From Octopus vulgaris (lineage: Eukaryota), in contig OX597814.1 of NCBI GenBank assembly GCA_951406725.2, positions 194,370,001-194,434,000 of the forward strand: 64,000 nt of DNA, written 5' to 3'. Positions 38,648 to 53,000 of the stretch are shown here, piece by piece. The translations under genes and the position numbers were made by a program. The stretch's first letter is position 1. Each line of letters opens with the position of its first letter. The notes beneath the pieces are model-generated. The model was given only the letters and a program-made list of their open reading frames with translations. It ran no database searches and was not told the DNA's origin.

Positions 38648-41003
38648 CCTATCTACTATAGGCACAAGGCCTAGATCTCTGTGGGGAGGGGTGTAATTGA
38701 TCACATCGAACCCACTACTTGACTGGTACTTTATTAACCCTGAAAGGATGAAGGGCAGAGTTGACCTTGGCGGAATTTGAACTCGAAACGTAGTGACAGA
38801 CAAAATAACACTAAGCATTTTACCCAGCATGCTAACAATTCTGCCAGCTCGCCACTTAGTAAATAAGTTTAAATTCAAGTACAAGGCCTGCAATTTCGGG
38901 ATAACTAAGGTAATTAAAAAACTACTCCAATACATCACAGGTACTTTATTCTGACCCTGAAGGAAAGAAATATGAAGTTGACCTGAGCAGGATTTGAACC
39001 CAAAGTGTAAAGAGAAAGAATAAAATCCTCATGACATTTTGTTCAATGTTATAATGGTTTTGCCAACCAATAATTGTTTATAAGACACATGACCTTAAAT
39101 CTTTTGAAGTCGATGACTAACAAATGCCTTAGCCTTCCCTTCACATTATCAATGTTCATCCACAGCAAAGACTGATATAGCTTGGCACCAGTGTTGTAGC
39201 AAAAGCTATCGGATCATCAAGACTTTGACTTGACTTGAGACAGCATTCACCTGAGATGGGTTGAGCTAGCTTCATTCATCCTCAATGCTGCATCTCTCAC
39301 AAACGCTGACCAGGCCTGGTGATTTGAGGCTAATGACCACGTGATCTCCAACCACTCCTTATTCCAGCAGCAAACACCGTAGATATGACGGGGCCTAGTT
39401 TGGGTTCCAGATCAGCCTTGACTGTCATCAGCTAGGTTTTACATGGTCCAGGTTTTTTCAAAAAACTTGGACCATCAAGAACTCAAATATACCCCAAGGT
39501 GTCTAACCTGATCCTGTAACACAGTGGTTCCCAAGCTTTTTTTGGCTGCTGCCCCTTTGACACCCAAACCACATTCCTAGCGACCCCACCCAAACTAACC
39601 ATCACAAGCAAATTCAAAGCAAGTGTATTTCACAAATAAAATTTAACCCAATGAATCCATTTTTTTTCTACATGAATTGTTACCCCATTGTCACCCCACT
39701 TTTCTTCAATGCCCCCTTGGAACTTTCCATTGTCCCCAGGGAGACAAAACTGTCCACTTTAAGAACCACTGTTTTAACAATTCAACCACTCCAGTGCCTG
39801 AGGATACTTTATATAAACCATGGCAGGATTTTTAACTCGGAATGCCAGCATCACCTTACTGGCACCCGCACCGGTGGCATGTGTAAAAGATTCGAGCGAG
39901 GTCATTGCCAGTGCCGCCTGACTGGCCCTGTGCTGGTGGCACGTAAAAGCACCCACTACGCTCTCGGAGTGGTTGGCATTAGGAAAGGCATCCAACTGTA
40001 GAAACTCTGCCAGATCAAGATTGAAGCCTGGTGCAACCATCTGGTTTGCCAGCCCTCTGTCATACATCCAACCCATGCTAGCATGGAAAGCGGACGTTAA
40101 ACGATGATGAATGCACTACCAATTCAAAACCTTCAGCCTTGACCATTTCATCTTGAGGTGGAAACAAAGGTTTGGCACTTAGTCAAGGTACCCATCATAT
40201 TTGTGCATGTAGCAGCAGTTGCTTTGAGTTAAACACGCGAGTTGCACAACAACGAGGCCTACATTTGTTCGAAGAATTAAATGAAGAGACAAACAGGTGA
40301 TTGGTCAGCCATAACCATTTCATCTAGGAGGAAGAAATCAGATTTGTTCCTTTGTTGAAGGAAATTTTCTAGTCACAAACTGGTGCTTAAGGTTTTCATT
40401 ATGGTGGTGGTGGTGTTTTGTCCCATTCCAACCCACTATCAGACAGACCTATGAAAGATTCCAACCATGACCATCCTGTATTTACAGGCACAATTTATCT
40501 CGCTACATTATGTCCTTCCTTTAAAAAAGGAATGAAGAGATTAGGCTGCCATTTCTAGCAACGACAGAGGTACTTTTGTCTAAATGAGATTCCCAAATGG
40601 TGCAGCAGAATGATTGACAAACTCAATGATTCAGAAAGTTTTTAAAAGTTTATATGCTAAAAATAGGATTTCCAAATTTAAAATATTATTATGGGTTACT
40701 TGTAATTGCAGGTAGGAGTCCCAGTATAAATAGTTAAAATTACTGACCAATATTATCATTGGGAAATTTTTGCATTATATTATGTATTAAGAATATAGTT
40801 ACTCGGGCCTGCAAATTGGAGGACAGCATTATCAACAATACCCTATCTTATCTATCATGTTACTAAAAATAAAACCTCTCATATATATATAAATGAATAG
40901 GGTTAAGCAACAAGTTGATTAGCCACATACCGAAAATTTAGAAGTAGCAGTCAAAGACCGCTTATTCTTATTTTCTACAAATATAGCTCCACATTATTTA
41001 CCC

Positions 41004-41053
<50 letters not shown>

Positions 41054-44000
41054 ATACATACACATGCACACATGAACTGAGGGAAAAAATGAGATGGATA
41101 TGGTATATCATTTTTTTTGTGCAGGGATTCCTTCAGACATGTAACTTAAGGGTTACGCAAGGGTAAAGGGGTTCAGAAACACTGCTCTAGACCTTTAAGT
41201 GAGGCACGAGCAAATTTTCCTTCTGAAAATGTGGGTCTAAATCATTAATGTGATGTCACAATGACATAACGTCAGAGACATCCTTCACATGTTTTTGTTA
41301 AGTTCATGAAGATCTAATACAAGGAAGTGGTAGTGTTACAGGTACATTGTTAAACATCAGCATCATTTAGCATCTACTTTTGATGCTGGGCATGGATCAG
41401 GTGACTTAACAAAATCTGAGTGGGCAGAGGACTGCATCACACTCCAATGTCTACCCTAGCATGCTTTCTACAGCTGGACTCCCAATACTGGGTGCGTTTT
41501 TCCAGAGTATAAGTATTTCCATGTAGCTCCGAAGACCAAAGCCCCCTATGAGTACATCTTGTAGGAAACTACAAATCTGAGTTTGTTCAATTGATTAAAT
41601 GATGGATAACTCACCTGGCTAAGTCAAAATCTACAGAAGTTGGAGATGCAACTGAAGATCCAGATGTATTTCCAGATGTGTTTCCAGATGCATTTCCAAC
41701 TGAGATTTCCGAAGATACTGGTTCCTTTGCAACATCCAGTTGAAGATTGTCAACATTCAAATCAGGATCACATGCTGCAGATAACCAAAAGGAGAATAAT
41801 GAAGAAATCAAATTAAAACCCTTACAAGTGTAAAATAATTTAATATTTATTGCACTAATGAGCACAAACAAAAAAATTTGAAATACCGTATTTGACGGCA
41901 TATTAGACACACTGGCATATTAGATGCACCCTCATTTCAGCAGGTCAAATTCAGGAAAAAAAGTTTTAAGTGTATTTAAGCATATATTGTTGAAAGCAGT
42001 CTAGCAGCACATTACAAAAGCAGAAAACATTGCTGTATAGAAGCAAGCATACAAATTACAAGAGTAATCATCTTTAATCATCTTTTTAACCAGAAAACTC
42101 TTCAACAATTTACGGTAGATTGCTTTGATTTTTACGATAATTCGTATTTTAAAGTAATAATACTGGTAATAATAATAATACTAGCAATAAAATAATGATG
42201 CATGAGTACGGAAAATATCATTAAGGCGTTAGCGTAGGTAGAAATACTTATCGTAAGCTAGGTTAGAGAGCGTCTGGGAGAAGATTAGCCTACGGGAGGG
42301 TCTTGACATCGCATATTAGACGCAGGGCGATTTTTTGAGCCAAATTTTTTGGAAAAAAGTGCGTCCTATATGCCGTCAAATACGGTAGTTAACAGTGCTG
42401 AAGTCATTCACTGCAAAACTAAACAGATGTTAATACATTTTCTTGTTCACTTTCCATGCTGGCATGGGTTGGACGGTTTTACTGAGGACTGGCAATCCAG
42501 AAGGCTGTGCCAAGGTCCAATTTGATCTGGCAAGGCTTCTACAGCTGGATATCCTTCCTAGCACCAACTACTGAGTGTAGCAGGTGCTTTTTACATGCCA
42601 CCAGCATGAGAGCCAGTCAGGCAGCACTGGCATTGATCACACTCAAATGGTGTTTTTTACATGCCACCAGCATGGGAGCCAGTCAGGCAGCACTGGCATT
42701 GACCACGCTCAAATGGTGTTTTTTACATGCCACCAGCATGGTAGCCAGTCAGGCAGCACTGGCATCGACCATGGTGCTTTTTACGTGCCACCACAGGGCT
42801 TTATACCAAGAACAATAAAGAAAATTGCCCTGACTTGTACAACAGTTCTTGGCCAAGTACAGGTCCTGTAGTTTAACTGCTATGAATGTATCAATTTTCC
42901 TATGCATTTTAATAATTATTTATATTTTTATTGTATGCAAATTATACGGGCCATTAGGTAAGTTTCTGTTTGTGATTGTCCATGAAGAAAGCTTATAGTA
43001 ACTTGATTTCGATCAGACGAATGAGAGTATACATTCCGTCCGATAAAGAGTCAATGAACCTTGATATACAGGGGTTGGACAGAATAATGGAAACACCTAG
43101 CATCATAGCATCAGAATTTTTAAATATCTATAAAACCGTCAAAAGCTTGTTTATTTTTATGTTCTTTGATTTATTATTAGTGTTGCTTAATGTCTTGCTA
43201 AAATTGCTGTTTCTTTTCAGATATCATCAGAAAAAGGTAATTGAAATTCATTAAAACGACAGATCTATCGAACTTTCAAAGAGGTCAAATTGTTGGTGTC
43301 ATATGGCAGGTACTAGCTGCTGAAATGTTTTGTGTATCAAGAAGTAGTGTCTTGAAAGTAATGACAGCCTTTGAGAAAGAGGAAAAACCTGCTCGTGGAA
43401 ACAAAACTCCGGAAGGAGACCACACCTTTCAGATAAGGACCGGACTCTTACACAAATTGTTAGAAAGATGATCCAAAGCTGTACTTTATATCACCAAAGT
43501 ACAGCTCAAAATATTACTGCAGAGCTTAATGACCACCTCAAGAACCCAGTTTCCACAAAAACTGTTTGCCGGGAGCTGCATAAAGCCAGATTTCACGAGA
43601 GGGCTTCTATCAGAAAACCACTACTTTCAAAAACAAACGTTGCAAAGCATTTAGAGTGGTGTAAAAACCTACAGAATTGGTCCCTAGAGCAGTGGAAGAA
43701 TGTTCTTTTCTCGGATGAGTCCCTATTTCTGACCACCAGCTGAGTACGTGTGTGGAGACAGCCAAAAGAAACATTTGACCCATACTGCCTTCTTCCAACT
43801 GTTAACCATGTAATGATATGGGGGACTTATCTTGGTAATCCACCAGTCCAATGATTTCCCTTCATGGCAGAATTAATAGTCAAGACTAAGCATTTTATCT
43901 GATCAAATTCATCCTATGGTTGTGGAACTGTTTCCAGAGGAAAACAGTAATATTTCAGGGTAATAATACACCACTTCACACAGCTAAAGTTGTTAATAAT

Positions 44001-47000
44001 GGCACAAGGAACATTCTAGTGAAGTGGAACATCTTATCTGGCCACCACAGTGGTGCATTTAGAAAAACAAGTAAGGAGTCGATATCCTCCATCATCACTA
44101 CAAGAACTGGAGACTATTTCATCTGAAGAATGGACAAAAATTCTTTGGAAACAATTCAAACTTTGTATGAGCCAATTGAAGCTGTAATTACTGCCAAAGG
44201 CAGTAATTCAGAACTTATGAAAGCAATGATAAAGGCATGAAATTTTACCTTGGTCCTCTTGACAAAGAGCTGGATTGTTGACAATTTTCTTACTCTTTGT
44301 AGCAAAGTTCAGCGTACAGTAGGTGTTGTAGTAGCATCTCTCTTCAGGTGCAATAGTTGCAAGCAACAGTGCGGAACTTCCACCACCAAAGGAGTCCTGG
44401 TAGAAAGAAAATTAGAAAACCGTAACAGAGATGAGCATGGATGTGTGGTTAAGGCATTTGTTTCACAACCACATGGTTCCAGGTTCAATCCTAGTGAACA
44501 ACAACTTCAGTGGAGGCGCAATGGCCCAGTGGTTAGGGCAGAGGATTCGTGGTCGGAGAATCACGGTTTCGATTCCCAGACTGGGCGTCGTGTGTGTTTA
44601 TTGAGCGAAAACACCTGAAGATCCACGAGGCTCCGGCCAAGGGGTGGTTGTGACCCCTGTTGTACTCTTTCGCTCCAACTTTCTTCCTGTTTCTTGTCCC
44701 CCAACTTCCTACGCAACTGCTGAGCCTGGATGCACATTCATCCATCCGTCGATGCTCTTGGTGTCGGGGGCTGACTGCTTGCTCTTCTGTGGGCCTTACG
44801 AATAGCAAAGGACCACGTTTCGAACTTCTTCCAGGAGGAAGACCGCTTCGCTCAACAAACAAACAGCAACTTCAGTAAATGTCTTCTACCAAAGTCCCAG
44901 GTTAAGCAATACCTTCTAAAAAGATTTTGATAAACTGAAACTATGCAGAAGCCCTACATGAGGGTGTGCAAGAATGTGTGCATGTGCACATTATCTTTCA
45001 CTGATGTACATCAGTATAAATATTAAAAAACCCTAATTAGCCTGCTGGAGGCCTGTAATTCACGATGCTAATGTTCTCAAACTGCATCACCTTTTACCTT
45101 TACTTGTGTTTCAATCATTAGGCTGCAGCCATACTAGGAGATTGCCTTGAAGGGTTTTCATCACATTAACCCCAGCAACAGTCATCATTTTAACGTCCGT
45201 TTTCTATACTGGCATGGGTCAGATGGTTGGGAATGAGATCAGGAACAAGGACACTGCTTGCCTGACAGAGACATTCATTTACAATCATCCTGCAACATTA
45301 TGAAACATACATGAACATACACAGAAGCTTCTTTCAGTTTCCATCTACTAAATCCTCTCAAGCCTTTAGACACCAGGGCTACAGCACAAGAGACTCCTTT
45401 AAGATGCCACAGAGTGGGACTGAACTCAGAACTATGTAATTGGGAATCAGACTTACTACACAACTACACCAGCACCTATGAAAACAATCAACAATGGCAT
45501 ATCCAACCATCTATGGAATGTTTTGATTTTACACCTCAAGCCCTCTTAAAAAGGTTATCTCTATATATATAAACGGCAAAATGTTGCACAAACATACACA
45601 CACACGACAGACAGACAAACATACACACACACACGACAGGGTTCTTTCAGTTTCCGTCCACCAAATCCACTCAAGGCTTTGGTCGATCCGAGGCTATAGT
45701 AGAAGACACTTGCCCAAGGTGTCATGCAGTGGGACTGAACCCAGAACCATGTGGTTCGTAACAGGTGACGAGACCAATGAATTTTAATTAGAGCTCAAAA
45801 CAGTTAACAACAAACAAGATGAGGACAAATATCCAAATGTAAATGTTCTGAATAATGTTCTGTGTGTGTGTGTGTCCTTTATACAAATCCACAATTTTTC
45901 AGTTAGAGGGCTCGCACTTTCTATGGTCATTCAAAACCGTCCAAGGGTGGTCATGCACATTTCCCCAGTCACCCCACAAAGCCATTAAAAAAAATCAATA
46001 GAAGTGACTTTTTTGTGAATTTTCTATCCAAAACCTTATCAAAATGCCCGAAACTTGATACGCCAATTGAATGCCAGCTACCTGTATGTGATTGGTCGGA
46101 GATTTGGACAGTACTCGCGTGTATGTGTGCACGCACGCACGCAGCTGTATATGCATGCACTAGCAATATGACCTGGCGTTGCCAGGTCATACTGCTAGTT
46201 CATAAATAAATGTTTAATTCTTGAAAATCATGTTTACCTGTAAAAGTCTTGTAAGTTTACTGTCTCGATAAGGTATCCTTTTCTGAAAAAAAAAAAAAAA
46301 AGATTGGGATACAATGAGAAAATGAAAATACAATAAAGTAATATATTTTCATTAAAAAAAAAAAAAATACAGTTTTATTTACCTCATTTGTGATTTACTC
46401 TTTTTACTTGTTTCAAGTCATTTGACTGCGGCCATGCTGGAGCACCGCCTTTAGTCGAGCAAATCGACCCCGGGACTTATTCTTTGTAAGCCCAGTACTT
46501 ATTCTATCGGTCTCTTTTGCCGGACCGCTAGGTAACGGGGACGTAAACACACCAGCATCGGTTGTCAAGCAATGCTAGGGGGACACACACACACATACGA
46601 CAGGCAGTTTCCATCTACCAAATCCACTCACAAGGCATTGGTCGGCCCGGGGCTATAGCAGAAGACACTTGCCCAAGATGTCACGCAGTGAAACTGAACC
46701 CGGAACCATGTGCTTGGTAAGCAAGCTACTTACCACACAGCCACTGAATATTTTGACTTTATGGATTTTTCACAAAATTCTCAAATAATTTGTAAATATC
46801 AACCCATAATATAACTCAGAATACACTGCCAATTCAAAACCTTCAGCCTTGACCATTGTCAAAGTTCCCCCATCATATTTGTCCATGTAGCAGCAGTTGC
46901 TTTGAGTTAAACACCCAAGTTACACAACAAAGAGGCCTAAATTTCTACACCAAAAACAAATGCATTATAATCAAATTTTTAGTTTGGTTTGTCTGAAATA

Positions 47001-50000
47001 TGTGATCAGAGGGAATATTGTGACCGCAATCCCTTACTCTTTTACTTGTTTTGTGACCATGCTGGAGCAACGCCTTTAGTCGAGCAAATCAACCCCAGGA
47101 ATTATTCTTTGTAAGCCTAGTACTTATTCTATCGGTCTCTTTTGCTGAACCACTAAGTTACAAGGACGTAAACACACCAGCATCGGTTGTCAAATGATGT
47201 TGGGGGGACAGACGCACACACACACGACAGGCTTCTTTCAGTTTCCGTCCACCAAATCCACTCACAAGGCTTTGGTCGACCTGAGGCTATAGTCGAAGAC
47301 ACTTGCCCAAGGTGCCAGCCATGCAGTGGGACTGAACCTGGAACCATGTGGCTCATAACAGGTGACCAGCCCAATGAATTTTAGTTAGAGCTCAAGACAG
47401 TTAACAACAAACAAGATGAGGACAAATATCCGAATGTAAATAATGTTCTGAAAAGATTTTGATAAATTGAAACTATGCAGAAGTCCTACATGAGGGTGTG
47501 CATCAGGGGTTGATGATCAATGCTATAATGCTGATCATAGATTTATTGTATATCCCTAAGGTAACTGGTGATGGTGCCACATAAAAAGCACTAAGCACTG
47601 GTGCTATGTAAAAAGCACCCAGTAAACACTCTAGAGTGGTTGGCATTAGGAAGTGCATCCAGCTGTAGAAACCAGACCAAAACCATGGAACCTGATGTGG
47701 CCCCTGGTCTTGCCAACTTCTGTCAAACTGTTCAACCCATGCCAGAATGGAAAACAAACATTAAGTGGTGATGACAAATGTAACAAATGCAAAACCATAA
47801 ATAATCAAAATTAGCTCTAACCTACCTGACGACTTCGAATGGCATCGACAACTTCATGGAGGACAAATAAAGATTTGTTGATGCAAGAGCTTTCTCGCAT
47901 CCTGAAAATGAAATTCGCAAAAAACAGGTGATCACAAAATATTCCAATTGAAATGATATTTTATATTTCTCTGAATAAAACAAAAATAATAAATATCCAT
48001 TTTATTTTCAGTTTGAAATTTCACATTAATGAAACAGGTTTTCATAAGCCAAAAGCTGTTAGAGAACTATCATAAAAAAACATAGGCACAGGAGTGGCTG
48101 TGTGGTAAGTAGCTTGCTAACCAACCACACGGTTCCAGGTTCAGTCCCACTGTGTGGCATCTTGGGCAAGTGTCTTCTGCTATAGCCCCGGGCCAACCAA
48201 TGCCTTGTGAGTGGATTTGGTAGACTGAAACTGAAAGAAGCCTGTCAAAAATGTATATATATGTATATGTATGTATGTGTATGTGTGTTTGTACCCCTAG
48301 CATTGCTTGACAACCGATGCTGGTGTGTTTATGTCCCCATCACTTAGCGGTTTGGCAAAAAAGACCGATAGAATAAGTACTGGGCTTACAAAGAATAAGT
48401 CCCGGGGTCGAGTTGCTCAACTAAAGGCGGTGCTCCAGCATGGCCGCAGTCAAATGACTGAAACATGTAAAAGAGTAAATCAGTCTTAGCTTCAGATGAA
48501 AATGTCACCTGAAAGTTTTGGCTGCTATTTCTAACACACTGAACAACTGCAAATAACAGACATAGGCAACATTTTAAGGCCACCAGAGGTAAGTTGCACC
48601 AATAAAAAATTTAAAAAAAGGTCAGCCTTCATCCAGTAAATCTAATGTAACCAGAACTATCACATTTTTATTCAGATATAGTATACTGAGTGAAGGCGCA
48701 TGGCTCAGTGGTTAGAGCGTCGAGCTTATGATCGTGAGGTTGTGAGCTCGAATCCCGGACAGGGCTGCGTGTTGTGTTCTTGAGCAAGGCACTTTATTTC
48801 ACGTTGCTCCAGTTCACTCAGCTGTAGAAATGAGTTGCGACGTCACTGGTGCCAAGCTGTATCGACCTTTGTCTTTCCCTTGGATAACACTGGTGGTGTG
48901 GAGAGGGGAGGCTGGTATGCATGGGCGACTGCTGGTTTTCCATAAACAACCTTGCCCGGACTTGTGTCTAGGAGGGTAACTTTCTAGGTGCAATCCCATG
49001 GTCATTCATGACCGAAGGGGGGTCTTTACCCTTTTTTTAGTATACTGAATAAAATAAAATCCAGGATCTGAGAAAACAGGTGGTTGTCTGCAAAAATTAG
49101 AAAACTCATTGTAGAAACCAAAGTAGACACCAGAGCTCTAACAAACCAGCTCTTCTGAAATTGTCCCAACCATGGCAGCATGGAAAACATGTTTAACCCT
49201 TTAGCATTCAGATTATTCCATCAAACATAATGCTTATTGATTCCCATTGATTTGAATTAATCATGCATTATCTCATATCTTCAAGATCTTGATGGTGTAA
49301 TTACTTAATGTAGAATAACATTGTAGGGTAGGTGTGAAAGCCTGGATCTGGTCAGTTTGAACATAAAACATTAACTATTTTGGTCGGATATGGCCGGTTT
49401 AAATACTAAAGGGTTAAAACAATAAACACTGGCAGAAAATATCCATTTTACCTAATCCATTTCAACCATTAGACTGCAACCATGCTGGAGCACCACCTTA
49501 AATTTTTAGTCGAATGAATGGACCCCAGGTTTTTCCCCCCTTTATATTCTACACCTCGTACTTAGTTTCTTGCTGAACCACTAAGTTACAGGGATGTAAA
49601 ACAGACCAACACTGGTTGTCAAGTCAGGACAAACAGACATACATGATGGGCTTTCAGTTTTCATCTACCAAATCAACCCACAAGGCTTTGGTCAGCCCAA
49701 GGCTATAGAAGACACTTGGTCCGAGTACCATGCAGTGGAACTGAACCCAGAACCACATGGTTGAGAAGCAAGCTTCTTACCACACAGCCACAACTGTGCC
49801 CATGATGACGAATATAATGAAAGAATCCTCACCTCAAGCCTTTATTTCCAGATAATTTGTTATTCTCGGAGCCAGCCAAATCAACAAACTGTATTTTACT
49901 AACACTGGTCCTAAATGGTGAACACACTTGGGTTTTCTCAATAATTACCATCAAAATGGTATGACTGCGACTGGAATGGCTATTCAAGTTGCTGGAAACA

Positions 50001-53000
50001 GTGGTTCTGAAGAAAAGAAAGCACAAATATCTTTGAAAGTCATGAAACTAAAAACTTCAGAAGAAAATTTCTTATGAGAAAGCAAAAGAAAACGTTATTT
50101 CACCTGTCAACAAATCACCTTGAAAATTTGAAAATCAATCAAATCTATAAAATGAAGGCAAACGTTGATACAAATTGGATTTTCATGTAAAAAGGGGTCT
50201 AAATGGGGCTGGAAGGGAATTAAAATTTACAGGAGGGAGTAACTTGAGAGAAATTGATTGGTTGCTTTGGTGTGAAAACGTGGATTTTATTGATTTTGGG
50301 GGACACTTGGGGGTCTAGATTAGACACCTTTGGCCCGATTTCAATCAAATTTTCAACATGGTAAAGTGGAAGCAGATTTGCAATTTAAGTGCAGAAAATG
50401 GGTTCGAAATTTCGAAAATTAAGGCAAGATTTTTGAAGTTGAAAAAAGATTTTTTTCTTTTTTTTTAAACATTTTTGCCTTTTATTTTTTATTGTTTACA
50501 GTTTTCATTTTTTCTGAAAGAAATTTACAGCTGCATGTAGCCCGTGTTTAGAGCTTTCATTTGCACGGTCAATCGTCGAAAAATTCCCAAAATAAGTACT
50601 AAATTTAACAAAGAAATCCTTTTTTTCCTTATTTTTAATCACTCAAATAGTGGCACGTACAAAAGGCAAGTGTGCTTTCTGTTGTCACTGCTTGATATTT
50701 ATGATTGGTCTTTCAAAATATTTTCTCTCTTAACTTACTCAAGATCACTTGTCTTTTTATAAACGGGAGAGAGATAAAAAGAGAGTAAGAGAGTGGGAAA
50801 GTGAGAGAGAAAGGAAAGAGAAACAAAGAGGGAGAATAACAGAAAGGAAGCAACAGAAAGTAACAACCACACCCTCACACAGAGCGGGTCACCTTAAGCT
50901 TGTATATATATATATAAAAAAATAAATGGAGAAATTCATAAAATACCTTTGTGACATGGCAGGCAGAAATATGGATTCGAATTCCTCATAGGAAGCTATG
51001 TCTTTCACAGTAAGGCCATGAACTATGATGTTTTTGTTGGTATCTTCCCAGATTTGCAGATCAGATTTACGTACAAGCAACAAGTCTATCAACTAAAACA
51101 AAAAGGCCAGCTGTTACTGATACCATCACATTACTGTAGTAATAATAATAATAAATAAGTAACACTACACTCTCGGAGTGGTTGGCATTAGGAAGGACAT
51201 CCAGCTGTAGAAACTCTGCCAAATCAAGACTGGAGCCTGTTGCAGCCATCTGGTTCGCCAGCCCTCAGTCAAAATCGTCCAACCCATGCTAGCATGGAAA
51301 GCAGACGTTAAACGATGATGAATAAATAAATAAATAATAAAAATAATACAGACACTGTCTCTCATGGCTCCTGATCTTAACTGACTGGAAGTGTTATCAA
51401 GTACATTGTTTTGTCTTGGTATAAAAGATGGGCTACAGCAAATATTCTGCTCAATATCACAGATTTACTTGTCAGTTGTTTGACCTTAACCAGTTGAGCA
51501 TGTCCCTTAGTGGCTGACGGTATGTGCATCTCTGATCAGGAGCAGAAGTAGTGGGAGAGCATCATAGCCATGTGTTGAGAGAGATTCTTTGGTGTTTGAA
51601 TAATTCACCTTTGGAAACATGTGTGGTTCGTTTGACATCCTTAAACAATCCTTATTCAGGGACCTTTTGAGCGGGATGGGCTATTCAACCAGAAGAAAAT
51701 TCTAACTGGGCCCCACCTGCGAGGTCATGCGCTGCTTATCTTGATACGAGATCACCAAGTCGTGCACGTGCCTGGTGTACCCTTATCAGACAGGTAGTCA
51801 TGATGGGTATACTGGGCTCTGTATATTTTACCCCAGTGTCACTTTGATGGCATGCACTGCTCTCTCACTCAATAAGTTGTGGTGGTGGTGACAAGGTGGT
51901 GAGCTGACAGAATCATTAGCACACCAAAGTGCTTAGTGGCATCTTGTCCGTCTTTACAGCCCAAGTTCAAATTTGCCTTTCATTTCAAGGTTGATAAATT
52001 AAGAACCTGTCAAGTACTGGTGGTTGATGTAATTGATTAGACCACGCCCCCAAAATTTCAGGTCTCTCGCCTTAGGAGACAGGATTATTTCTTCTAGTAG
52101 TAGGACGAGATGAATGTTATTTAACATCCATTGTCCATACTGGCAGGGTTTGGAAGAGTTATGTTAAAAATCAGTAATTATAATTTGGAAGATGAATAAA
52201 AAATAAAAGGAAAAAATTGAAAATTAAGGAAAATATTTAGAATCATAACCACAGGCACACGGCAAAAGAAATTGGAAGGGAAATGCCAGGAATTCACGAA
52301 AATAGGTGAACGTATATGATTAGCCATCACTTGCTAGCAAGTATGATCTGGTAATTTGTGCAATATTTTGTTTGGATGTCTGGTCACCTTTGACCCAACA
52401 GAATATCATGGTTGTGTCAAATGGAGATAGAAAGAGTGGCATTATCACAGTTACAAATGAGTCAACTGTAACAACATGAAATGTAGTGTCTTCTTCGAAG
52501 ACAATGTACTAGGAATCAAACCCACAACCTTACGAACGTGAACCTAAAAGCCTAACCATTAACCCTTTAGCATTTAAACCGGCCATATCCAGCCCAAATA
52601 TTCTACCTGTTGTATGTTCAAACTGGCCGGATCTGGCTTTGCACACTCATTCTACAACGTCATTTTAAAAATAACATCATAAGTGGAAAGTGTAACCTCT
52701 CGAAAGAGCTGTTCTTCACTCCTGCTCCAGAGTGTCAGCTGTGGGGTCACACCAAAAAGCTCTATCTGCGACGATTTCATCTCAATCGAAGGAGAGGGGC
52801 TTTCTCCATCCGGGTTGCGGATCTGTAGAATAAGTTGCCGGACGAAATAGTGAAGATGCCGACGACCGCTCGGTTCAAAGTCTCTCTTGACCAGAAATGG
52901 CCTGAACTCTTTGCATGAACACCCTCCCTGTACATAACTCCATGTCCCCCTACATGGCCTTGCTTTTTGCGCCAAAAAATTAACTTAACATCCTCAAAAT

